DNA of 64,000 bases from Escherichia phage vB_EcoM_DalCa. The notes beneath the pieces are model-generated. The model searched no databases. It worked only from the letters and a program-made list of their open reading frames with translations, and had not been told where the DNA came from. Below, one piece after another: positions 1 to 10,377 of the stretch (positions are counted from its first letter, which is position 1; every line of letters starts with the position of its first letter). The stretch is from the sequence record NC_054908.1; one strand, written 5' to 3'. Made by a program: the position numbers and the translations under genes.

Positions 1-2178
1 TTAGGCCGCAAGGGCCTTCATAGTTTTAGCGATTTGAGAAACTTCATCATCACTTAAAGAGTTGCGATATCCGATGAAGTCGGAAACAATACGGAATTTC
101 TTGGTAAACTCAGCAACCATTTTATCACTGTTTTTTGAAGCATTATTTGATAATACATCAAAAAGATTAGTTACTGTCCAGATGTCATGACCGATGGTAT
201 CTTTTCCACCATTAAAATATACACCGCGCAATGAACTAACTATATTAGCAAGTCGTGTATATTCTTCAGAAACTTCATCTGTACTGAAGTACTTCATCAT
301 AAAATCTAGTTCAGGATACTTGATAATTTTATCAATATATCGTTGAGCTGAACTTGAATAACCTACGTACTTATCATAATCTACATCATCAAAAGCATCT
401 ACATATAAATCACGCAAAGCTTCAAAAATACATTGGCACTGACCGAGTTCTTTTACCTTTTTCTGTAAAAGCGGACGAATAACATAAAATTCATTAATGC
501 CAATAAGATTAGCCATACGAATCAAAATATTCATAGATGGATGACAAAGAGATGTAGTACCATCCATAGAGAAAATATCAGAACGATGCATATACGCTAC
601 ATAACCAGTAATTTCATCTGCTTCTGATGTGAGCGTAAATAATTCCTCTTTTTCCCAGCGCCCGTCTTTAATTTCAAACTTAAATGCTGTAGCAGCTTTA
701 GGACGAGGAGCTTTACTTTTAACTACCTTTGGAATATAGCTTTTAACTAAAGCTTCGATTTCTGACAAATAATGAATGTTAACTTCATCACTTTCAAACA
801 TCGCCATAATATCAGGGAGTAAATCAATCTGCGATTCTACTTCTGGGTTAATAAACAGAAGGCGTTCATTGTGATGAATATTTAAAGTGTTATTAAATTC
901 GCTATCATCTAACGCTCGTGCTAATCCACGAACAATATTAACACGATTTTTAATATTATCAATAACGATATTAATTTTTGTTGTATTAATACCAAACAGA
1001 CGATAACTTGATGCAACGGCTGAAGTTTCATGACTTTGCTTAATGCGCTTCAGTCGAGGGTCAAGATTTACTTCATACACAACTCCTGCATTACATAACT
1101 TATTGTCAGGTTCAAACATGCTCTGCATCTTTTTATATGACAGATTTTTAGTCGTGAATTTGACTGAATTACTAATCATATAATCTCGAGCAGAATATCC
1201 CATCTTCATCAATTCACGATATGTGTGACGAGGAGATGTAGATTCTTTAAATCGTTTTACATCTTCATTAAATGCTTTCTCACTGAGTTCTTTAACTCGT
1301 TCAATAATATTTTTACGAGTACGATCATCCAATGAAAGAGCTTCGCGTGATGGAGCAATATCAAGTGAACCCATTGGAAACTTAATGTAATTCACTTCAT
1401 TGCGGATGCTTAACCAGTTACGGTCTCTAATAACACCATCGATAGGATAAACAATACCACCATAGATAGCATACAATCCATCACGATCTGGCCAGTATCT
1501 TTCTGGATTTACGCCGTAATAGTCATCAAAATCCGGAAAATAATCAATTTCGCGGTCAAGACCATTAATGATAGCCAAATCTTTGAATGGTCGCATGATA
1601 TAAGAAACTTCATAAGCAAAGTTTCTAAAGTCTTTTTCTTCAACTGGAACTACGATTTCAATACCAGTTTTATCATCTGGACCCATTTCTTTTACGAATG
1701 TAGGTTTAATCTGTGGGCCATCACCATCCATGTAAGCTACATAACCACGAATTTCACCTTTATGATACGAAGTAATACTAAACGTATCAGTATAACTAAA
1801 CGGAGATTTAGAACCTAAACCAAATCCGCCAATAAAGTCATTAGATTCAGCTTTAGATGAACTGAAGTATGAATTATACAACCCAGGAGAATTATCATCA
1901 CCTTGAATATCAAAATCACTCATACCCGGACCAAAATCTCGACAAACAAATCGTGGGTCTAAACGTCCAGGAACTTGTATGATAAATTTTTCAGGATTTC
2001 CATTGAGAGCATGGGCATCAATCATGTTAGTAATCAATTCACGAACTACTGCGCGAATCTTGTTTGTATACAAATCAGATGACAGAATTTTAAATACTTT
2101 AGGATTTGCTGCGATGCTAAATGCTTTTGATTTAGAACCATTGCCAAGAATTGTTTCTTTTTCAGTGGTGATAATCAT
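1..2178 (-). CDS. rIIA: rIIA membrane-associated protein
   Basis: 725 aa ORF, same length and genome-origin position as T4 rIIA; stop codon at window positions 1-3. Confidence 0.88.
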   Translation of the reverse strand: MIITTEKETILGNGSKSKAFSIAANPKVFKILSSDLYTNKIRAVVRELITNMIDAHALNGNPEKFIIQVPGRLDPRFVCRDFGPGMSDFDIQGDDNSPGLYNSYFSSSKAESNDFIGGFGLGSKSPFSYTDTFSITSYHKGEIRGYVAYMDGDGPQIKPTFVKEMGPDDKTGIEIVVPVEEKDFRNFAYEVSYIMRPFKDLAIINGLDREIDYFPDFDDYYGVNPERYWPDRDGLYAIYGGIVYPIDGVIRDRNWLSIRNEVNYIKFPMGSLDIAPSREALSLDDRTRKNIIERVKELSEKAFNEDVKRFKESTSPRHTYRELMKMGYSARDYMISNSVKFTTKNLSYKKMQSMFEPDNKLCNAGVVYEVNLDPRLKRIKQSHETSAVASSYRLFGINTTKINIVIDNIKNRVNIVRGLARALDDSEFNNTLNIHHNERLLFINPEVESQIDLLPDIMAMFESDEVNIHYLSEIEALVKSYIPKVVKSKAPRPKAATAFKFEIKDGRWEKEELFTLTSEADEITGYVAYMHRSDIFSMDGTTSLCHPSMNILIRMANLIGINEFYVIRPLLQKKVKELGQCQCIFEALRDLYVDAFDDVDYDKYVGYSSSAQRYIDKIIKYPELDFMMKYFSTDEVSEEYTRLANIVSSLRGVYFNGGKDTIGHDIWTVTNLFDVLSNNASKNSDKMVAEFTKKFRIVSDFIGYRNSLSDDEVSQIAKTMKALAA

Positions 2179-2188
2179 AATTTCCTCA

Positions 2189-2392
2189 TTAATTCATATT
2201 ACGTTTAATAACTTCAGCAACTTCTAGCAGTTCATCTTTAGTTGCGGTGTCGGATTGAATTTTATCTCTAATATCTTTAAAGCGGTTTTTAAATTCTTCG
2301 GCTTCTCCCATATCGAAAAAGCGTTGAATGATTCTATATTCTCGATGAACTGCTTTATCAAAAAGTTCTAAATTTACTTTATATGATTTCAT
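2189..2392 (-). CDS. small protein upstream of rIIA (rIIA.1-like)
   Basis: 67 aa ORF immediately 5' of rIIA, same position as T4 rIIA.1. Confidence 0.55.
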   Translation of the reverse strand: MKSYKVNLELFDKAVHREYRIIQRFFDMGEAEEFKNRFKDIRDKIQSDTATKDELLEVAEVIKRNMN

Positions 2393-2417
2393 TTCAATAT
2401 CCTCATTTGCCCAATTA

Positions 2418-2447
2418 ATTATACCACATCCTTGTGGTAAAGTAAAC
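2418..2447 (-). promoter_or_regulatory. T4-type early promoter for rIIA.1/rIIA
   Basis: minus strand GTTTAC, 18 nt, TATAAT. Confidence 0.6.
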
Positions 2448-4267
2448 TACTGGCTCATCCATTCTTTACGAAGGTCAGCATTATCTCCCATGAGCATTTC
2501 AAAAAGCTCTTTCCAGTTCTCAGGAAGTTTAACAACATCATATACTGGGTTTTGAATCATCTCACGATATTCAGATTTTTCCAAAGAGCCAAGTCCTTTA
2601 ATATAACGGATGCTATGTTTAGGTAGAGCATCTTTGGCACTCTCATATTCAGCGACTGTATAAAACCATTCTTGTTTTTTACCAATCTGAGCGATGATTA
2701 CAGGAGTTTTGACAAAACGAATTCGTCCTTGCTCAAACAATTCTGGCCAATTACTAAAAAATCCAAGCAGAGAAGGATAAATGCTTCCTAGGCCATCATG
2801 GTCAGCATCAGTCATAATAGCGATATTATGATAATTCAAGTTTTCAGCTTTTTCACCGAGAACTAATCCAGTGATTGCGCAAATATCAAATAGTTCTTTG
2901 TTTTTAAGCATATCTGCATAAGACATACCCCAACTGTTGAGAACTTTACCACGTAATGGATAACCACCGTGAAGTTCTTTATCACGAACATCAATAAGAT
3001 ATCCGATAGCCGAATCACCCTCAGTCAAGAAAAGAGTAGTATCAGCATCTTTACCACAAAGATTCGCTTTAATATGTTTATGAACCTTAGCTTTAGAAGC
3101 CTTTTTAGCTGCTTTAGTTTCTGCTGCTTTTTCTGCCGCCAATTTACGAGCCAAAGCAGCTTCAATAATTGGCATCAGAATTGCTTCATTATTCAAAATA
3201 GCACGTGAAATCTTTTTAGCGTCAAGTTGAATATGACTACGAATTTCGCCAAATGGAGAAGTCAAACGCTCTTTAGTTTGAGAATCAAATCGCATGTTTT
3301 TCATATCACGAACAAACATAACGATAGTCAAACATTCTTTGACACGCGCTTTAGTTACATCAATTTTGAACTTACGTTTGATTTGTGGAATAAGGTCTTC
3401 ACAAATATCATCCATAACACAGTCAATGTGATGGCCACCATTCTTAGTGTGAATGTTATTGACGTATGTTAATTGACGAAAACCATCCGGTGAACGACCA
3501 ACCGCAATAGAACAATTTTCTTGTTCTTGAACGATAGCATGCTCATCATATTGGCGTGCATATTTCTTAAAATTGCCCTGAACCTTTTTACCATTAAAGG
3601 TAAATTGAATATCAGGATAAACTACTGCAAGTGTCTGGAGACGGTCCAGTGTAATGTCAAGATAAACCTGAGACAGCTCATTAGTTTCAAATGACATAAA
3701 ATCAGGAATGAAAGTAACACGAGTTCCTTTCCATTTTCCAGGAATATCTTCCCATGATTTATTTTCCATGCCATTTGAACAACGAACTACAATATTATTT
3801 TGACCATCACCAGTTTCACCGACAAACATCACAGAAAAAATGTTTGTCAAACTAGAACCAACACCATTCATACCGCCAGTGACGCGTTCTTTATCATCAC
3901 CAAAGTTACCACCTGCTTTTGGAATAGTCCACGCAGCAACAGGACCAGGAATTTCTTCACCGGTAGGTGTTTTGACCATCGCTTGTGGAATACCACGACC
4001 GTTATCTTCAACTGTTACTTGATTGTTTTTAATAGTAACATTAATTTTATTTGCGAATTTAAACTTAGTACGAATACCTTCATCTACTGAGTTATCGATA
4101 ATTTCATCAATAAGCTTAACAAGACCAGGTACATACTGAACACTTTCCCATTTACCAAACAGAAAGCGCTCATGCATTTCATTAGCAGAAGAGCCAATAT
4201 ACATGCCACTACGCTTTTTGATATGCTCAATATCGCTCAGAATTTTAATTTCATTCTTAATCATCAC
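2447..4267 (-). CDS. 39: DNA topoisomerase II large subunit, unsplit gp39 (GyrB-like ATPase + Toprim)
   Basis: 606 aa; GHKL ATPase motif VEDNGRGIP, Toprim motifs EGDSA and IMTDADHDG in one continuous frame. Confidence 0.9.
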   Translation of the reverse strand: MMIKNEIKILSDIEHIKKRSGMYIGSSANEMHERFLFGKWESVQYVPGLVKLIDEIIDNSVDEGIRTKFKFANKINVTIKNNQVTVEDNGRGIPQAMVKTPTGEEIPGPVAAWTIPKAGGNFGDDKERVTGGMNGVGSSLTNIFSVMFVGETGDGQNNIVVRCSNGMENKSWEDIPGKWKGTRVTFIPDFMSFETNELSQVYLDITLDRLQTLAVVYPDIQFTFNGKKVQGNFKKYARQYDEHAIVQEQENCSIAVGRSPDGFRQLTYVNNIHTKNGGHHIDCVMDDICEDLIPQIKRKFKIDVTKARVKECLTIVMFVRDMKNMRFDSQTKERLTSPFGEIRSHIQLDAKKISRAILNNEAILMPIIEAALARKLAAEKAAETKAAKKASKAKVHKHIKANLCGKDADTTLFLTEGDSAIGYLIDVRDKELHGGYPLRGKVLNSWGMSYADMLKNKELFDICAITGLVLGEKAENLNYHNIAIMTDADHDGLGSIYPSLLGFFSNWPELFEQGRIRFVKTPVIIAQIGKKQEWFYTVAEYESAKDALPKHSIRYIKGLGSLEKSEYREMIQNPVYDVVKLPENWKELFEMLMGDNADLRKEWMSQ

Positions 4268-4316
4268 TTATCCTCGTTTGGTTTCGGGAATATTATACTC
4301 CGGTAATCATAAAGCT

Positions 4317-4334
4317 AAAGGCCCGAAGGCCTTT
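4317..4334 (-). terminator. GC-rich stem-loop with UUCG tetraloop (transcript sense)
   Basis: aaaggcccgaaggccttt on plus strand, before the gene 39 -10 region. Confidence 0.55.
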
Positions 4335-4606
4335 TATTTAAAACGAATAGTTGAATCCTTAAAGAACAGCCCAGAATATACTGTTCCTTCTACTTTCTGC
4401 CCGGTAGGTCCAATAGCACGAAATCCAGTATGCTGGAAATCATTTTCAGAGCAACCGAACCAGTTATATCCAGTGATTTCAATATTAGTAAACCCACTTG
4501 AAGACAAAACTTTGGTTGCATTATCAGCATCAGTACATCCTACTAAAGATACTGCTAATACTAATGCCGCGATAGAACGATTAACATATTTCATAATTTC
4601 ACTCAA
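4334..4606 (-). CDS. putative lipoprotein
   Basis: 90 aa ORF; hydrophobic signal sequence ending in lipobox-like LVGC; start may be the internal Met (MKYVNRS). Confidence 0.5.
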   Translation of the reverse strand: MSEIMKYVNRSIAALVLAVSLVGCTDADNATKVLSSSGFTNIEITGYNWFGCSENDFQHTGFRAIGPTGQKVEGTVYSGLFFKDSTIRFK

Positions 4607-4976
4607 ATTTAATGGCTTGAAGGAGACTAATAATTCTCAAGCGACTTCTTTCATCTTTAACCGTAAATGAAAGAGGGTCACCAGATTTCATAGTGATAGT
4701 GCATTCAAAATCAAAATCTTCAGGAACTTCTTCGAAGAAGTCAAATTCTTCATCATAAATTAGAACATTACTCTGAAAACTGTGAAGAATTTTTCCATCA
4801 TTTCCAGATGCTGTACTAATCATTGTAACGTTATTACCTTTCATATCTTCAACGATAAATTCGCTTGTAGATATTACATTACTAATAGAACCATTCCTAT
4901 AAATAGCAGAAAATAGATATTTCTTTTCTTCACCTTCGCGAATGCGATATTTCTTACCGATTTTAAACATAATCAC
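4599..4976 (-). CDS. hypothetical protein
   Basis: 125 aa ORF, co-directional, 8 nt overlap with downstream gene. Confidence 0.5.
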   Translation of the reverse strand: MIMFKIGKKYRIREGEEKKYLFSAIYRNGSISNVISTSEFIVEDMKGNNVTMISTASGNDGKILHSFQSNVLIYDEEFDFFEEVPEDFDFECTITMKSGDPLSFTVKDERSRLRIISLLQAIKFE

Positions 4977-5149
4977 CCTTTAAGTAAGTCGTAAAATCCA
5001 CCATTCACATGCTTAGGAGCAGAAACTAACCGAACAGCAATCCGATGACAATCAGGACATACATCAGTATCCCTTTCAGAAATTTTCTTGATTTTTTCGT
5101 ATTCTTTTGCGCAGTCTTTTGATTGACATTTATAATCATAAAGAGGCAT
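4973..5149 (-). CDS. FmdB-type zinc-ribbon small protein
   Basis: 58 aa ORF below the ORF-track cutoff; MPLYDYKCQSKDC...CPDCH pattern; ATG overlaps upstream stop (TAATTATG) and its stop overlaps next start. Confidence 0.5.
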   Translation of the reverse strand: MPLYDYKCQSKDCAKEYEKIKKISERDTDVCPDCHRIAVRLVSAPKHVNGGFYDLLKG

Positions 5150-5151
5150 AA

Positions 5152-5571
5152 TTATTCCTTAAAGTGAGCTTTCAACATCTGATACAAGGACCATGCCTGT
5201 TCATTATTTTCAATAGTAACTTTCATGATCGGGAATTCTGTGAAATCTTCTATTTGTTCTTGCTCTTCCTGCTCTTGTTCTTCAGCTGCCTGATATGGAT
5301 TTTCCACTTCATTAAAGAACTCAGCTTCGCTCGTTGAAAGCCAAATAAAATCTTCATCCAAAATATCTTTACCGGAGGATAACGCCAATCTTCCAGTAGA
5401 TGTCACAATTTTAGTAGGACGACCAAGATGGTCAATATCTATAACTTTAAAAGGTTCCATACCTAAACGCCGCGCATAGATTCCGTTATCAGTATGGTCT
5501 TTAATAAAATTTTCTTGAGCTTGTTTATTTTTAAATTGATACCATTTATTAACTTCAAATTTAATAGCCAT
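5152..5571 (-). CDS. hypothetical acidic protein
   Basis: 139 aa ORF with [10 protein letters not shown] acidic tract. Confidence 0.5.
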   Translation of the reverse strand: MAIKFEVNKWYQFKNKQAQENFIKDHTDNGIYARRLGMEPFKVIDIDHLGRPTKIVTSTGRLALSSGKDILDEDFIWLSTSEAEFFNEVENPYQAAEEQEQEEQEQIEDFTEFPIMKVTIENNEQAWSLYQMLKAHFKE

Positions 5572-5789
5572 TAATAAATTTCCTTCCAGTAAGTTGTGCC
5601 ATCTTCAGTGATTTCACGGAATACACCATAAATTGGTTGTTTATCACCGACTTTCTCATATACATAAACCGAAGTCAAGTGAGTAAACTTGATAGTGTGT
5701 TCCTTTTGAACTACTACCAAATCTGGATCGAATAATACATCTTCAAATTCATCATTAGTGCAATTCTGAACAATTTTACGTTTCATCAT
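5571..5789 (-). CDS. hypothetical protein
   Basis: 72 aa ORF, 1 nt overlap with downstream gene. Confidence 0.45.
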   Translation of the reverse strand: MMKRKIVQNCTNDEFEDVLFDPDLVVVQKEHTIKFTHLTSVYVYEKVGDKQPIYGVFREITEDGTTYWKEIY

Positions 5790-5960
5790 AATTTCCTCAT
5801 TAATTGAACATTGGAGCGATGCGTTTCAGAAGAGTATCAGCGCACCTTTAACGAATTATCCATTTTATTCTTCAAGTTGTTTTCTGTATCAGTAGTTGAT
5901 ATTGATATAGTACCATAATCAACTACTGATGTATATAGTTTTATGAAAAAATTTTAAACT

Positions 5961-6452
5961 TTATGCATAGCGAGCTTTGCTATAGTGTTTAATCCAACTT
6001 TCAGGAATGACTTTGTATGTTCCTAAAAATACCGCGTTGTATAACTTAACGCCATCTTCTACCCATTGATCAGTAATGTATGCACACATAGCGCGAGTAC
6101 GCCGAGGAAGTGGTTGTCCACCTTCGGTAAATTCAAACTCATAAGGAGCAATGAACTTGATAGCTTGACCAAGTTTCCACTTAAAGTCTACACCTACATG
6201 CGAAGTATCAATCGTTTCAATTCCTTTAGCAGGAACAGCTTTCAAAAACGCAGGCTCAAGAAATTTCCATCGAACATAACCAAACTGGGGCTTAGACATT
6301 CCATCTTTAGCAATGATACGTACTTTTACTTCAGAATCTTCATCTTTAACACCGTGTTTAAGCTGAATGCTTACAACTTCGACCAATTTTCCTGCTGCTT
6401 TAGAACGGGATTTATCAGATACACGAGCAATTTCACCGATATTAATATTCAT
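5961..6452 (-). CDS. hypothetical protein, paralog of 6526..7074
   Basis: 163 aa; C-terminal ITDQWVEDGVKLYNAVFLGTYKVIP resembles C-terminus of neighbouring ORF. Confidence 0.55.
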   Translation of the reverse strand: MNINIGEIARVSDKSRSKAAGKLVEVVSIQLKHGVKDEDSEVKVRIIAKDGMSKPQFGYVRWKFLEPAFLKAVPAKGIETIDTSHVGVDFKWKLGQAIKFIAPYEFEFTEGGQPLPRRTRAMCAYITDQWVEDGVKLYNAVFLGTYKVIPESWIKHYSKARYA

Positions 6453-6525
6453 AATTATCTCTCACTTGTTAAAAAGATTTTATACTCCACAGGACCATTA
6501 TACTCTGGTCCCAAGAGTTTGTAAA

Positions 6526-7074
6526 CTAGCTTACACGAACATTAATCACTGCGCTACGAGGAACTACAGAGTATTCTCCAGCATGAACTACGTTCAGAAG
6601 TTCAACGCCATCTTCAATCCACTGGTCTGTTACCCAACCACAGATAGGATTATCAAAAGGACGACGGATAGACACAGCAGCACACAACAGGTCTGTAGGG
6701 TCTTGTTCTTCAACTTCTTGGAACAGGATGAACTCATCTTCATAAACCAGGTTTTTCTTTATTTTGTTATTATCTAACCGGCGACCGTGGATGACGTAAG
6801 ATTTGTCAAACCACTCACTTTTGGCAAATTCTTCAACAATAAATTCGCCTTCGCCAAAAACATCAGTCAGAGTTTTATGACCAGAAATCAAGGCATTAGT
6901 TTTAATTTTAGGTTCAACCAGTTTGTAGGTTTTGCCGATTTCAATAGCGGTAGTCATAGTAGGTTCCTTAATTTCCAGTGGTTTAACAGGGCATACATAA
7001 GTGCTTACAACATCAAAATCAATCAGTTTAGCTACCGGATTTGGTATGTATTCAGGATTATAATTAAATTTCAT
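6526..7074 (-). CDS. hypothetical protein, paralog of 5961..6452
   Basis: 182 aa; C-terminal VTDQWIEDGVELLNVVHAGEYSVVP. Confidence 0.55.
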   Translation of the reverse strand: MKFNYNPEYIPNPVAKLIDFDVVSTYVCPVKPLEIKEPTMTTAIEIGKTYKLVEPKIKTNALISGHKTLTDVFGEGEFIVEEFAKSEWFDKSYVIHGRRLDNNKIKKNLVYEDEFILFQEVEEQDPTDLLCAAVSIRRPFDNPICGWVTDQWIEDGVELLNVVHAGEYSVVPRSAVINVRVS

Positions 7075-7076
7075 AA

Positions 7077-7577
7077 TTATCTCATTTCAATAAAATCTAC
7101 GAGTTCAGCATGCGATTTGCGGAACATTACTTGGTGCCCACCAATGATAACTTCATCTTCAGGAACTTCGTATACAGCGAGATAAAATCCTTTAGAAGAT
7201 AATTCTTCCCGCTCTTCTCGTGTGAACCATCTCATCATATCATATTCACTAGCGAAAGCAAAATGATAAAGACCTATAAACCATCCTGGAATATGATATT
7301 CTACTCCAACATAATCTTTCTTGAACTTAGTATTAATTACTATATTAGCGTTTTTAACTAATAGTTTATCTTCGTGTGGTAAAGGAATTCTTTTATTATT
7401 ATCGCTATGATGCATAAAATTAGGTCTGTCATAACCTACGTGTAATAGCCACTCTTCGCTCCATGAATCTATTATACTCCTGTACGGCGTTATTTGAACA
7501 CAAAGATTTCGACGTATTGTTATAGCATCTTCATAATCAAGAATACTAAACGATGATTCAACACGATAAATTTTCAT
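7077..7577 (-). CDS. hypothetical protein
   Basis: ORF-track ORF 7077..7616; likely start at internal Met (MKIYRVESS) preceded by GAGGA; longer start would overlap the promoter at 7600..7634. Confidence 0.5.
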   Translation of the reverse strand: MKIYRVESSFSILDYEDAITIRRNLCVQITPYRSIIDSWSEEWLLHVGYDRPNFMHHSDNNKRIPLPHEDKLLVKNANIVINTKFKKDYVGVEYHIPGWFIGLYHFAFASEYDMMRWFTREEREELSSKGFYLAVYEVPEDEVIIGGHQVMFRKSHAELVDFIEMR

Positions 7578-7599
7578 TTTATTATCCTCAGTAGCTATG

Positions 7600-7634
7600 G
7601 TGTTATAATACCACAACTAACCGAGGAAGTAAAC
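7600..7634 (-). promoter_or_regulatory. T4-type early promoter
   Basis: minus strand GTTTAC then TATTATAA. Confidence 0.5.
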
Positions 7635-7640
7635 AACTTT

Positions 7641-8324
7641 TTATCGTTTTGTTGGAAGAGATAGAGGATCGCAATCTTCCTCTGACGGAGCATCTTCAAG
7701 ACCCATAGCATATCGCAAAGCATACTTCATCATCAGAATATCTTTCGCACAGTCATGAATAGAATCATGCGCAACGAATCCATCTAAAGTTCCTTTTGGA
7801 AGAGGACACGTGGTCATATCACGAACAAGCAGAAGTGCTTCAATTCTGGTACGAATATCACGCTGATTCCAGAATTTACATGGTTCTAACTTAAATGTGT
7901 CAAGCTCATTCTCAGAAACACCATTAAGACGTTGAATATCACGAATGAGATCGACTAAAATTGGAAAATCAAACGACATTCCACGGCACCAGCCTTGAGA
8001 TTTCCAAGGATCGATATTATGTGCATTGATGTAATCATTAAATTTTGCAATACCATCGATGGTGCTTACATCTTCATCTGATGGTGCAATATTTTTTCGA
8101 GCTTCAGGAGACTGATTTTTCCACCATTCGATAGTGCTTTTAGTAAAAAGACGATGTCCTTTTTGGCTTTTTAAATCAAATTTGATTTTAATGCCGCGTG
8201 AAACTAATTCATCAAATGTTTCAACTACTTCTGGGTTAGGGTCAAAAGCAATTACAGCTAAATCAATAACAGCTGCTTTTTCACCACTTCCCATTGTTTC
8301 AAAATCTATAATAAAATCAAACAT
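7641..8324 (-). CDS. dexA: exonuclease A (DEDDh 3'-5' exonuclease)
   Basis: 227 aa as T4 DexA; N-terminal DFETMG exonuclease motif; position upstream of dda. Confidence 0.85.
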   Translation of the reverse strand: MFDFIIDFETMGSGEKAAVIDLAVIAFDPNPEVVETFDELVSRGIKIKFDLKSQKGHRLFTKSTIEWWKNQSPEARKNIAPSDEDVSTIDGIAKFNDYINAHNIDPWKSQGWCRGMSFDFPILVDLIRDIQRLNGVSENELDTFKLEPCKFWNQRDIRTRIEALLLVRDMTTCPLPKGTLDGFVAHDSIHDCAKDILMMKYALRYAMGLEDAPSEEDCDPLSLPTKR

Positions 8325-8599
8325 TAAATTTTCCTTGCTAAATCGCGAATTTGACCTACAGTATAATCTTGAATATAAACTTTATTAATAGGTTCATCAA
8401 TAAATTTTGCCATAGATTCAATATCTTTTTGCATCTCTTCAAGACTGTATATTATCTTTAAAGCTTTTTCGCGAATAGTAATATTTTCAGGACCAGAATT
8501 TTTCTCAATGACAGCTTTAACATTTGTCATAAGAGATTTAAACTGTTGCAAACTTAATTCAATCATTAATAACCGCCTTATAAAGATGGCTAATTTCAC
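8324..8599 (-). CDS. hypothetical protein (dexA.1-like)
   Basis: 91 aa ORF; start uncertain. Confidence 0.45.
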   Translation of the reverse strand: MKLAIFIRRLLMIELSLQQFKSLMTNVKAVIEKNSGPENITIREKALKIIYSLEEMQKDIESMAKFIDEPINKVYIQDYTVGQIRDLARKI

Positions 8600-8819
8600 C
8601 TAAAATGTAATCACTGATTGTAACAGTTTTTACTTCACCACAAAAGAATTCTAACGCAATTAAATCTCGTTCAATTTCTTCTAATTGAAGCATTAACTTT
8701 CCAGATTCAATTTTTACATTTCTACGATTTTTACTATAAGCTATTTCATAAATTTCGCTCACTTTATCTTGAAGCAGATAAAACTGGTCTTTAGTTATTT
8801 CCACGAATAGCTTCCTCAA
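8559..8819 (-). CDS. hypothetical protein (dexA.2-like)
   Basis: 86 aa ORF. Confidence 0.45.
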   Translation of the reverse strand: MRKLFVEITKDQFYLLQDKVSEIYEIAYSKNRRNVKIESGKLMLQLEEIERDLIALEFFCGEVKTVTISDYILGEISHLYKAVIND

Positions 8820-9051
8820 ATTTAATTAGTAATTTACAGACACTTTCATCTAGTGTAATTACCGTATCTGTATTACTGTGATATGATTGTTTTTCAATTC
8901 GTTTAATTGCTAATATAGTATCACTTATAAGATAAAGCTTATGAAGGAGCTCAGCTCCTGTTACCATAACATCGAGATTATCTTGCTTATTAGTATGCTT
9001 CCTTATACCATCTATTAGACGGTTTAAATATTTTGAATTGATGTTAATCAT
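8791..9051 (-). CDS. hypothetical protein
   Basis: 86 aa ORF between dexA block and dda. Confidence 0.45.
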   Translation of the reverse strand: MININSKYLNRLIDGIRKHTNKQDNLDVMVTGAELLHKLYLISDTILAIKRIEKQSYHSNTDTVITLDESVCKLLIKFEEAIRGNN

Positions 9052-9057
9052 ATAGCC

Positions 9058-10377
9058 TCACACATAAAACACATCATAACGACCACGTGTTACACCAACA
9101 TAAAGAAGTTGTTGAGCTAATTCAGCATCTGCATAATGAATACAAGGCGTATAAATGAAAGCACGGTCTACAGACATACCCTGAGCTTTATGGAATGTTG
9201 ATGCAGGAAGTGCTTTCACTTTACTAAACTGTGATTTAGCATCCCAAAAATCACTCCATGGAGCTTTTCCGCCTTTGTTCCAATTTTTATAAGTTTCTGC
9301 CGTTTTACCTAAAAATAGGTTAAACTTATACAATTCTTCATCGGATGAAATTATTTTAATCTTTTCACGATAATATTCATCATCGCCGTAAGTTTCTACT
9401 GTTAAATCCCAATGACGAATTAGATATTCCCCAGGAACACCACGAGCTTTAACAAACGTTGATGTATACTCAGCTTCTATAATACGAACTAATTGTCCGT
9501 TATTAAAAATAATTTCTGATACAGGCTTTCCATCAATTTTATATGTTTTAATTAATGGTTCCTGCATTACAATAATTTCACCGACAATAAAATCTTTATC
9601 AGTTTCAAAAATCTTTTTACGAATAATGCTATTTAACTTGTCAACAGATTTATTCGTAAATGCCATTACGCGATTTTCAAACAAATCATCTAAAGATTTG
9701 ACGATTGAAAAATAATTTACCATAAAATCGCGTAAAGCGGTATCACCAGTAAATCCACGTACTCCATGCCCGTCAACAACTTTATCATAAATCCACTTAC
9801 CGTTACGAACGTCAGTAGCTACATCAATAATAGGAGCATTACTGCGTTTAACTTCAGTAAGTTCACACTGATAAAAATCTTTATGTGTAAAGAATGGACT
9901 GATATAAGCAGTGTTTTCTCCTGGGTCAACAGGTCTAATTTGCTTATTATCGCCTATTCCAATTATAGTACACCAAGGTGGGATAGTTGAAAGCAGAATT
10001 TTAAACAGCTTTCTATCATACATTGACACTTCGTCACAGATTAATACTCTGCATTTAGCTAAATCTGGTACTTCCTTCTGCTCAAAGAGGACATTTTCTT
10101 CATATGTTACTGGGTTAATTTTAAGAATACTATGAATAGTACTCGCTTCTTTCCCTGATAGTTTTGAAAGAATCTTTTTAGCTGCATGAGTAGGAGCTGC
10201 TAAAATAATACCAGTTTCACCCGTAGATATTAAAGCTTCAATGATGAACTTAGTAAGAGTAGTCTTACCGGTACCGGCAGGTCCATTAATAGTTACATGA
10301 TGTTTCTTTTCTTTAATAGCCTTCATAACAATGTTAAAGGCATTTTTCTGGCCTTCGGTCAAATCATCAAATGTCAT
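9058..10377 (-). CDS. dda: Dda SF1B DNA helicase
   Basis: 439 aa as T4 Dda; Walker A GPAGTGKTT near N-terminus. Confidence 0.9.
   Translation of the reverse strand: MTFDDLTEGQKNAFNIVMKAIKEKKHHVTINGPAGTGKTTLTKFIIEALISTGETGIILAAPTHAAKKILSKLSGKEASTIHSILKINPVTYEENVLFEQKEVPDLAKCRVLICDEVSMYDRKLFKILLSTIPPWCTIIGIGDNKQIRPVDPGENTAYISPFFTHKDFYQCELTEVKRSNAPIIDVATDVRNGKWIYDKVVDGHGVRGFTGDTALRDFMVNYFSIVKSLDDLFENRVMAFTNKSVDKLNSIIRKKIFETDKDFIVGEIIVMQEPLIKTYKIDGKPVSEIIFNNGQLVRIIEAEYTSTFVKARGVPGEYLIRHWDLTVETYGDDEYYREKIKIISSDEELYKFNLFLGKTAETYKNWNKGGKAPWSDFWDAKSQFSKVKALPASTFHKAQGMSVDRAFIYTPCIHYADAELAQQLLYVGVTRGRYDVFYV

Noticed and set aside
1979-2227. Plus-strand ORF-track ORFs overlapping minus-strand genes (this one and about 60 others, such as 2969..3208, 6066..6524, 9766..9990, 26604..26891, 60868..61257)
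   Set aside because: They lie antisense within well-supported minus-strand genes, lack RBS context and have low-complexity translations; only 16214..16414 sits in an intergenic gap with a strong Shine-Dalgarno.
2393-2446. Gene 60 with 50-nt translational bypass and mobA
   Set aside because: Gene 39 is continuous and rIIA.1 directly follows it; the gap holds only a promoter.
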